From Verrucomicrobiota bacterium (GTDB lineage Bacteria > Verrucomicrobiota > Verrucomicrobiia > Limisphaerales > JACQFS01): DNA of 64,000 nt. Below are positions 29,401 through 37,024 of this stretch, in pieces. The stretch covers positions 28,519 through 92,518 of the forward strand of contig JACQFS010000134.1 in assembly GCA_016199935.1 (NCBI GenBank), read 5' to 3'. Both the position numbers and the translations under genes were made by a program. Each line of letters begins with the position of its first letter. The stretch's first letter is position 1. The notes under the pieces were generated by a model that saw nothing but the letters and a program-made list of their open reading frames with translations, was not told the DNA's origin and did no database searches.

Positions 29401-31571
29401 GTATAGGCTTCGAGCTGCACGTTGTGCGCCTTGCCGTCGGGCACGTTCGGGTTGCGCGTGTCCTCGTGCGCGATGGGGCTGAAGAGCACGATGCGCGGAA
29501 ACGTCTTGCCGTTCGCCTTCGTGCCGCGCGTCCGTTTCACAAAGTCGAGGAGCTGCTTCTTGTAGTCGTCGGGCTTGCCGTCGAACGACTCGTTGTAGCC
29601 GAAAAATCCGAACACGACGTCCGCCTTCACGTGCTGGAGATACGCGGTCATGGAAATCTGCCCGCCACTGCGCGGGTAACTGCCCGGCCGGTCGCCGCTC
29701 GTGCTCAGGTTGCGGAAGCGCACCTGCTGCTCGGGCAGCGCACTCTGGAGCAGCGTCTCCATCCAGCCGTCGTGCTGCATCCGGTCCGGCAGGCCGTTGC
29801 CGAGGATGGCGACGACGTCGCCTTTGCGAAATGCGAACGGCAGCGGGTCGCGATAGTCGGCGGGCACGGCGGCCAGCGCGGGCTCGTTCGCCGCCGGCGC
29901 CGCGGCCCTCTTGTTGTCCTTCTTTTTGCCGTCGGCCTTCGCCGTCCTCACGCCTTTCGCGGCAGGCTGGCCCGGCTTGCCGTCGTAGTTGAGATACGCG
30001 AGCGCGCCCTTGTTCTTCACCTCGATCTCGATCGCCAGCGGCGCGGCGACGCCCGCCGCGCGAAAAACCTCCCGGCGATCCGCATCGAGCAGCGTGAGCG
30101 TGAAACCATCGAGGCGGCTTTCAAATGCCTGGCGGTTCCAGATGCCGATCTTCTCGATGTCCACCGCGCGCCCGAGATCGAGCTCCCACCACGGATTCGT
30201 CGTGCCGGCATTCGACGTGTGCGTCTGCCCGTGTTTGCCCCAGTCGGGGCTCTTGTTGCCGTCAATCGCCTTCGCCGCGACGCCTTCGCCATTCGTGCTC
30301 GACTGCGTCGCCTTGCCGCCGGGCGCGATGTTTTTGCCGCCGCTGAACACTTCCACTTCCGCGAGCGTGAGGATGCGCTTGTCGCCCGGCAACTCGATGC
30401 GGACGAAGCGCGCCGGCTTGCCGCTGGCCAACGACGCTGCGGCTGCCGAGGCGACTGATGGCGCGATCGTCGGCTGCTTCTCTTCTTCCTTGGCGGCTCT
30501 GCCTTTCTTGTTCGTGTTCTTTTTTCCGTCCTTCTTTTCGGTCTTCGCGTCCGGCTTCTTCACGTCGTTGTTCGCGGGGATGGGACTCTCGAAGCCCGCA
30601 TACATTTCCGGCTTGATGCCGCGCGCGTAGCCGCCGCCGCCGAATGTGTTCGGCTTGAACGGGCCGACGAACGCGATGTTGAGGTCGGGCTTAATCGCGG
30701 CTTCGAGGCCGAGCGCCCAGAGGCAGCCGTTCACGACGAGCCGACGATAACCTTCGTTCGTGATGTCCTCGGGCGTGCCGTAGAGGCTGGTGAACACGCG
30801 ACCGGTTTTGCCCGAAGCAGACTTGTAAGTGCGCGTCCACTCGGAGGGCATCGGCGGCTTCGTGACGTCGGCGGGTGAATCGGGCGTCATGCCGTTGAGC
30901 GGCTGCGCCATCGTGAGGATTTCGCCATCCACCGGTTTGCCGACGTAGGCGCCCGCCTGCACCCAGATGTCTTTCACGCCGCGCAGAATCGGATTCGACT
31001 GCTTGCCCTCGATGATCGTGATGCGCGTGCTCTGCGAATGGTTCTTGCCGTAGTGACCCACCCACGTTTGCCCGAGCACCTGGTGGCCGAAGCCGAGTTC
31101 GTAGCCCGCGCCCTTGTGGTCGAAGGAGTATTTCGAAAACGGATCGCTCGCCTTTATCTTGAACGCGTGCGTCGCCGTGCGCAGGCCGACCACGGGGCCG
31201 CCGCGATTGAGGTAAGCGTCGAGATGCTCCATCTGCTCCTTGGGCAAACTCTGGAAGCGGAGGAACACGACCGCGAGATCGGCGCTGTCGAGCGCCTCCA
31301 TGCCCGGGATGTTCTGCGGCTCGCCCGCGGCGATGTTGCCATCCTTGTCGATGTCGAACAGCACGGTGCATTTGAAACCGTGATGCTTCGCGAGAATGCG
31401 CGCGAGCGCCGGCAAAGTTTCCTCCGAGCGATACTCGTGATCGCCCGCGAGAAAGACGATGTGTTTGCCCGCGCCCGGGCCTTGGGTGCCTTCAAAGACC
31501 AGCGGCGCGGCTTGGGCGAGGGTCGTCGCCAGCGAAGCGAGGGCGAGGAGGGCGGGGACGTTGTATTTCAT
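26439..31571 (-). CDS. 1710-aa secreted multi-domain protein: ThuA-like + F5/8-type-C (discoidin) + SGNH-like + dehydrogenase beta-propeller + HEAT-like + cupredoxin + cytochrome c
   Basis: [18 protein letters not shown] (ThuA-like). [19 protein letters not shown]...NPWWELDLG (discoidin). Propeller block [25 protein letters not shown]. Type-1 Cu ligand pattern MPHN...[25 protein letters not shown] heme motif. ATG 31571 ([15 protein letters not shown]) overlaps the upstream stop as ATGA. Confidence 0.85.
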   Translation of the reverse strand: [1710 protein letters not shown]

Positions 31572-32869
31572 GGCGTATTCTTCCGATTGGTTTTCCAAGA
31601 TTCAAGTGGCGCGGGCGGCTCTTTCGCCCGGTCACTCAGATGATTCCGATTGTTCTTCTGCACCACGTTCACCGGCGGCTTCCAGCCGCCCGGCGCGTTG
31701 GCCACCACCACGGGCAGCCCGGTGTTGTCGTGAATGCGGAGATTGTCGGCGACCAGTCCGTTGGCCGACATCCGCCAGCAGTGAATCGCCTGGCCGCCGC
31801 TCTTGATGACGTTGCCGATGACTTCGTAACCGTCGAGCTGGAAATTCGGCTCGATGGCGGTCGTCGCCGTTTCCATGTAGTTGTAGTTGCAGCGGACGTG
31901 GCGCAAGTGGCCGCGATGCGACGGATGGCCGAGCAGATAACCGCTGCCGTTGGGATTGAGGGTCCGCGTTCGGAAGATGTCGATGTGCTCCGCGTCGAAC
32001 GACTCGCCGGGCGTAACGCCGCCGCCCGCGAGGAATTTCCCGGTGTGCTCGCCGTAGAGCATCACGGAGCGCATGGTGTCGGTCAGGGTGATGTCCTCGA
32101 TGGTGACGTGGCGCACGCGGCCGTGCACCAGGATGCAGGCGCTGATGTCCTTCACGAGGCCGCTGGGCTGGACGTTGTGCGTGGCGTTGAGGTCGATGGT
32201 GCCCTTGCCGAAGATGCGGACGTTCTCGATGTAACCGGGCTGCAATCCGTGCCCGATGCGGATGCCGTAGGATTCGCGGCCGTCGTAGGAGATGAACCAA
32301 AGGCTGCCCTTGTTGTGACCGGAGCGATTTTCAAAACGAATCTTCACGCCGGCGATCAACTCCTGCCAGTCGCCGGTGATCGGGACGCCCTGCACGCGCT
32401 TGTTGAAAATTTTCCCCACGCCCCACGCGAAGGTGTCCGGCGCGCCGCCCTTGCCCTCGACGTCGATGACGATGGTGTAGATGGTGATGCCGGGAGAAAC
32501 TTCGTTGGAATGGGTTTTGTCCGCGAGGGAGAGATCGTAGTCGCCGCCCACGCTGAGGTCGTCGAGCTTCTTCGGCGCCCCGTGGTCGGTGGTGATCTCG
32601 GGAGTTTTTTCCGAGGTGGTCTCCCCATCGGCGAGCTTCAAAGTGGCACCCGCGCGCAGTTCGATCTCCACCGATTTATCGACATACAGCAGCGACTGAT
32701 GCTTGCCGAGCCGGTGCTGATGAAGACCGGGCAGGAAGACCAACCGATCTCCCGGCGCGGCCTGGTCGAGCACCGCCTGCGGCGAATCACCGGGCTTGAG
32801 CTGATGTTCCGCAGCGTGGGCTGACACCTGCGCGAGCAGGCCGATGAGGAGAATGACGAGCGGCTTCAC
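31568..32869 (-). CDS. Secreted right-handed parallel beta-helix protein (pectate-lyase-fold; candidate glycan lyase/hydrolase)
   Basis: GTG 32869 gives VKPLVILLIGLLAQVSAHA (signal). Beta-helix-like coils: NVRIFGKGTIDLNATHN, VTIEDITLTD, VIGNVIKSGG, LVADNLRIHDN. GTGA overlap with the upstream stop. Confidence 0.6.
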   Translation of the reverse strand: MKPLVILLIGLLAQVSAHAAEHQLKPGDSPQAVLDQAAPGDRLVFLPGLHQHRLGKHQSLLYVDKSVEIELRAGATLKLADGETTSEKTPEITTDHGAPKKLDDLSVGGDYDLSLADKTHSNEVSPGITIYTIVIDVEGKGGAPDTFAWGVGKIFNKRVQGVPITGDWQELIAGVKIRFENRSGHNKGSLWFISYDGRESYGIRIGHGLQPGYIENVRIFGKGTIDLNATHNVQPSGLVKDISACILVHGRVRHVTIEDITLTDTMRSVMLYGEHTGKFLAGGGVTPGESFDAEHIDIFRTRTLNPNGSGYLLGHPSHRGHLRHVRCNYNYMETATTAIEPNFQLDGYEVIGNVIKSGGQAIHCWRMSANGLVADNLRIHDNTGLPVVVANAPGGWKPPVNVVQKNNRNHLSDRAKEPPAPLESWKTNRKNTP

Positions 32870-34125
32870 GGCTGAAATTGCACGGTGCTCGTGACCATCG
32901 CACCACGCTCGTCGGTCAACGCGATGAACCACGTGTTCGCGTCGGCGGATGGTTTCGGTGCGGTGACGACGCCCTTGCCGATTTGCGCGGGAAAGTTCTT
33001 CCACTCGCGCTTGGAGCGAAGCCCCGTGTCGGTGGTGTAATGCAGCGTGGCGGATTTCACGGGCACGCCGCTCTTGAACGCGAGCCGGACTTCGTCGCCC
33101 TTGGTCGTGATCTTGCCCGGCACCGGCAGCGGCTTGCCGTCGCGACAGAAGGAATCGATGAACAGCCCGATCTCCGGCGGCGCCCACCCGGGCGGATGAC
33201 CGTGGCGCATTTCCACCTCGATGCGCATCTGCTTCTTGCCGGGCACGGCGTCGAAGCTTTTCTGATAGCTGTCGAGCGGGTAGTGGACGTCGCTCGTGCC
33301 GTTCACCCAAAGAATCGGCACGCGACAGCGCGACAGCAGGCTCGACGGATCGTAAGCCTTCACCCACGCGGCGCGACGGTCGCCGAGCTTGTCGATGGAC
33401 GGCTTCTGCACCGACTCGCCCTCGTGGAGAAAGCCGCAGCCATACACGGGCACCGCCGCCTTGAAGCGATCATCGAGCGACGCCACAAGGCACGTCGTGT
33501 AGCCGCCCCAACTGATCCCCGTCACCGCCGTTCGATTCGCGATCACCTCGGGAAACGAGCGCAACAGCGAGTGCGCGCGGATGACGCTCGCCGCCGCGTG
33601 ATACGGCCAGTCATCCGAGACGTCGCCGCCGATGCTGTCAAATTTTTCGGCCCCGCCCTGATTCGGCCCGCCGTTCGGCAGGCGCGTGCGCGTCTCCGGC
33701 TTGTTGGCCTGGCCCAACACCGGCACGCCGTTGGAGCCATAGATCGGATCGATCGGCTGGCTGCCGGACAAATCCATCGCGATGGCCGCGTAACCGCGCT
33801 TCGCCCAAATCCAAGCCCACTCGGCGAACGCCGTCCCGCCGCCGCCGTGAATCAACACCACGCCGGGAAACTTCGTGCCCGGCTTCGCTTTGCCGAGAGT
33901 CACGGGCGACGCGTAGAACGCGAACACCTCCGTGTTGGTGCCCATGAATTTTTCGCCCGTGTAGAGGAGCGAATGCACCGCGCCCGTCCGCGCGAGCCAG
34001 TGCATCGCGGGCGCGCGCTTCAACTCGGTGAGATTCCACGACCCGACGATCTCGGCGGCGAATGCAGGCGCGGCGAGCGACGCCAACACCGTGGACAGCA
34101 GAACGGCAAAACGGAGTTTCATCAT
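32866..34125 (-). CDS. Secreted alpha/beta hydrolase (acetyl-esterase / dienelactone-hydrolase-like)
   Basis: MMKLRFAVLLSTVLASLAAPAFA signal. FPGVVLIHGGGGTAFAEW and GISWGGYTT nucleophile elbow. ATGA overlap at 34122-34125. Confidence 0.8.
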   Translation of the reverse strand: MMKLRFAVLLSTVLASLAAPAFAAEIVGSWNLTELKRAPAMHWLARTGAVHSLLYTGEKFMGTNTEVFAFYASPVTLGKAKPGTKFPGVVLIHGGGGTAFAEWAWIWAKRGYAAIAMDLSGSQPIDPIYGSNGVPVLGQANKPETRTRLPNGGPNQGGAEKFDSIGGDVSDDWPYHAAASVIRAHSLLRSFPEVIANRTAVTGISWGGYTTCLVASLDDRFKAAVPVYGCGFLHEGESVQKPSIDKLGDRRAAWVKAYDPSSLLSRCRVPILWVNGTSDVHYPLDSYQKSFDAVPGKKQMRIEVEMRHGHPPGWAPPEIGLFIDSFCRDGKPLPVPGKITTKGDEVRLAFKSGVPVKSATLHYTTDTGLRSKREWKNFPAQIGKGVVTAPKPSADANTWFIALTDERGAMVTSTVQFQP

Positions 34126-35492
34126 TTGGGAATCTTGGGCGCATCCGGCAACACGGCGATGCGGAAGAAATGCACGCGGCCCCTGGATTCCGCGCCGGGG
34201 ACGGCGTTCACGACCTCGGTGAAGGAGCCGATGATCAAACCTTCGGGGGTGATCTCGCGGCAGCCGCCGACGGCGTAGGGCTGGAGAAAAGTTTCGCTCA
34301 CCGCGTGGTCGTGCCACGTCGCGCCGTTGTCGTCGCTGCGGAGGCAGCCGAGGCGCAAGGGTGCCTTAGCCGTGTGGCCGATGACGAAGAGCGGGCCGCC
34401 GTTGGTGCGCGTGGACGAAGCGAGGAAGCCGTCGCCCACGTTCAGTGAAATCGTTTCGCCCCGCAATTCGGGCGCGTGGTCCAGCTCGCGTTTGCCCGTG
34501 GCCACGTCGAAGCGGACGTGGTGCTGGCGCACCGGCTCGGTCCGGGCCGCGTAAATGAAGTGCGCCTTGCCGTCCTTGGTGAGCGCGTTGGCGAGCCACG
34601 TCGAGGGCGTGAATTCGTCGTCGAGCGTGATGCGGTCGCTCGGGCCGGTTTCATCGGCGGCGATGGGCGGCGTGAGTTTTCTTCCGGCGAACGTTTGCCA
34701 CGTCGCGCCGCCGTCGGGTGATTGCAAATGATGGATGCCCCAGTAGGTCCAGTGGCCCTGCGGCGGGACGAACAGCGAAGTCCACGCGGCGTGCAGCGTG
34801 CCGTCGGGCGTGAGGTTCAGGTGCGTGTATTCCTGCACGGCGGTGCCGCCCTTTTTCAGCAGCAGCGTGGAGGATTTCACCGCGCCGTCGAGGCCGAAGC
34901 GGATGAACCAGCCGCTGTGCGAGAAATAGCAGACCTGGCCGCGCGGCTCGTCGAGCGCCATGGAGTATTTGCCGGCGGCCGTCTTCGGCACGCGCGTGAG
35001 GTGCGGCGTCCGGTAATCCTCCGCCGCGAGGAAGCGGTGGAGCAGCACGTCGAGATTCACGAAGTCGGGCCGGCCGAGGTAGACGTTGTCCTGCGAATCC
35101 GTTTCGAGCACGGGCGGGTTCGTGGCGTCCGTGGCCTCGAAGAGCGTCTGAAAAGTTTTCCCGCCATCCTTGCTCCACGAGAGCCGCCACTGTTGCGCGG
35201 TCATCTTTTCGTTCCGTGTGCGCACGTGCGTCAGGAAGATGCCGCGCCGGTTGCGGACGACCTTCTGGTTGTTGCTTTGAAACGTGGCGCTGTGGATCGC
35301 GTTGGAATCCACGAGCGTGGTCTCGATGCTGGTGGGCGCGGCGGCGGCGAAGGTCAAAGGACAAAACTCAAAGTTCAAGGGAAAGCCCAAGAGCCAACAG
35401 CCCAATGCCAGCCAGGTGTGCGCGCGGCGGAGCGTTGAGATTTGAACGTTGGAACTTCCCTTGAGCTTTAGTCCTTGAGCTTGGTGCTTCAT
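34122..35492 (-). CDS. Asp-box (BNR/sialidase-fold) beta-propeller protein, full-length paralog
   Basis: Asp-boxes SKDGGKTF, SPDGGATW, SDDNGATW; collinear with 24474..25748. ATG 35492 preferred over the TTG at 35513. The N-terminal ~55 codons lie in a 7-bp-periodic, lower-GC tract. Confidence 0.75.
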   Translation of the reverse strand: MKHQAQGLKLKGSSNVQISTLRRAHTWLALGCWLLGFPLNFEFCPLTFAAAAPTSIETTLVDSNAIHSATFQSNNQKVVRNRRGIFLTHVRTRNEKMTAQQWRLSWSKDGGKTFQTLFEATDATNPPVLETDSQDNVYLGRPDFVNLDVLLHRFLAAEDYRTPHLTRVPKTAAGKYSMALDEPRGQVCYFSHSGWFIRFGLDGAVKSSTLLLKKGGTAVQEYTHLNLTPDGTLHAAWTSLFVPPQGHWTYWGIHHLQSPDGGATWQTFAGRKLTPPIAADETGPSDRITLDDEFTPSTWLANALTKDGKAHFIYAARTEPVRQHHVRFDVATGKRELDHAPELRGETISLNVGDGFLASSTRTNGGPLFVIGHTAKAPLRLGCLRSDDNGATWHDHAVSETFLQPYAVGGCREITPEGLIIGSFTEVVNAVPGAESRGRVHFFRIAVLPDAPKIPK

Positions 35493-35524
35493 TTGCGTTT
35501 CTCCAGCTCGCAAACGGAAAGCGC

Positions 35525-37009
35525 CTACTCGCCTTCAATCCGGTAAAGGTGACGCCGGGTCCTGACGATCAGCGCTTTCCCAGCCACGGCGGGCGAGCCC
35601 ATGAACCCGGGGCCGCGCCGGGAATCGTCGTTCGGTGCGTTGTCCGCCAGTGTGTTCGTGGCCAGGACTTCGAACGTGCGACCAGGCCGGATCACCGTTG
35701 TTACGCCTTCGATGCTGAAGAAATACAGCCGCCCATCCGCATAAATCGGACACGCGCGAAATCTTCCGCCGACCCGCTCCTTCCAGACCGTCTTGCCCGT
35801 GTCCGCCTCGACGCAGGCGAGGAACGCGTCGTCCATGGCCAGGTAAAGGAGGTCGTTTACAACGATTGGAGAGGAATACTTGGGAATCGGAGTTTCGATT
35901 TTCCAGTCCGCGTGGGTGTCGGTCACCACGCCTTTGCCACCGGCTTTCACCGACCACATCTGCGCGCCGGCGCTGAAACCGGTGACGAAGAAGAAATGCC
36001 CGTCGCGAAACACCGGCCGGGGAGCGGCGGAATATGACGCGTGCTCCACCCGCCAAAGCTCCGCGCCCGTCCGGGGATCGTAACCGTAGGCGGCTTTGGC
36101 TCCGGCGCTGAACATGAGGGGCTGCCCCTTCCAGTCCACGATCAACGGCGTGCTGTGCGCTTTGCGCCAGTCGCCGTCCTTGGCCAGTTTGTTGTTGGTG
36201 TTCTCGTCGTTCCACGCGACCGAGCGGTTCGTGAGCCAGACTGTCTTGCCGGTGCGCTTGTCCAGCGCCACGTGATATTGCAGGTCCGCGCCATCGAACG
36301 TCAGGATCAGCAGGTCGCCAAAAAGAACCGGCGAGGACGACGCGCCCCGGTAATGCCGGCACTTCAGATCATCGCGCTTCCAAATCACCTTTTTCGTGGC
36401 GATGTCGAGGCAGGCCGTGCCCGGACTGCCAAAGTGAACATAGACACGTCCCGGCTCGGCGACGGCGGAGGGTGTCGCGTAGCTGTTGTCCTTCGAACCG
36501 TTGCCGAGCGGCTCGGGGACGTCTCGATGAAACACCTTCTCGTTGACCAGCACCTTGCCGGTTGCCGCGTCCACCGAGAGAACGAAGTAGTCGGCCCCAT
36601 CTTCAGTGGCGGTCGTCAGCCACACCTGGCCATCCATCACGATGGGTGAGGACAATCCGAGCAAGGGGATTTCCGTTTTCCACTTGATGTTCTTGGACTC
36701 GCTCCAGTTCAGCGGAATCCCGAGGGTCTTGCCGTCGCCAGAAGTCAGATGACCATCTCCGCGAGGTCCGCGAAAGTCGGGCCAGCTTTCAGCGCCGGAC
36801 ACGAATCCGGCGGCGGCCAGCAGCGCAAACGCCGCGGTGGCATGAAGCGCCCGGCGGGTGACGGTCAGTATGTGATTCGACGTGGAGATGGGGGATCGTT
36901 CGGGTTGCACGCGGCAAAACTGTCGTGACAGGCGGGGACTGTCAACGCAGGCGGCAATGACGGCACCAAATGCCTCGCGGCTGCTTGCACGCGAGGTCGC
37001 CCAAACCAA
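35525..37009 (-). CDS. PQQ/BamB-like beta-propeller protein (secreted)
   Basis: ESWPDFRGPRGDG, then repeated propeller blades (GQVWLTT, GKVLVNE, KKVIWKR, GKTVWLT, GAELWRV, GKTVWKE). The start is uncertain: the track start is a TTG at 37009, and the Tat/Sec-like segment TRRALHATAAFALLAAAG begins near 36870 with no nearby ATG. Confidence 0.7.
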   Translation of the reverse strand: MVWATSRASSREAFGAVIAACVDSPRLSRQFCRVQPERSPISTSNHILTVTRRALHATAAFALLAAAGFVSGAESWPDFRGPRGDGHLTSGDGKTLGIPLNWSESKNIKWKTEIPLLGLSSPIVMDGQVWLTTATEDGADYFVLSVDAATGKVLVNEKVFHRDVPEPLGNGSKDNSYATPSAVAEPGRVYVHFGSPGTACLDIATKKVIWKRDDLKCRHYRGASSSPVLFGDLLILTFDGADLQYHVALDKRTGKTVWLTNRSVAWNDENTNNKLAKDGDWRKAHSTPLIVDWKGQPLMFSAGAKAAYGYDPRTGAELWRVEHASYSAAPRPVFRDGHFFFVTGFSAGAQMWSVKAGGKGVVTDTHADWKIETPIPKYSSPIVVNDLLYLAMDDAFLACVEADTGKTVWKERVGGRFRACPIYADGRLYFFSIEGVTTVIRPGRTFEVLATNTLADNAPNDDSRRGPGFMGSPAVAGKALIVRTRRHLYRIEGE

Positions 37010-37024
37010 TGAGGCGGACGAGAT

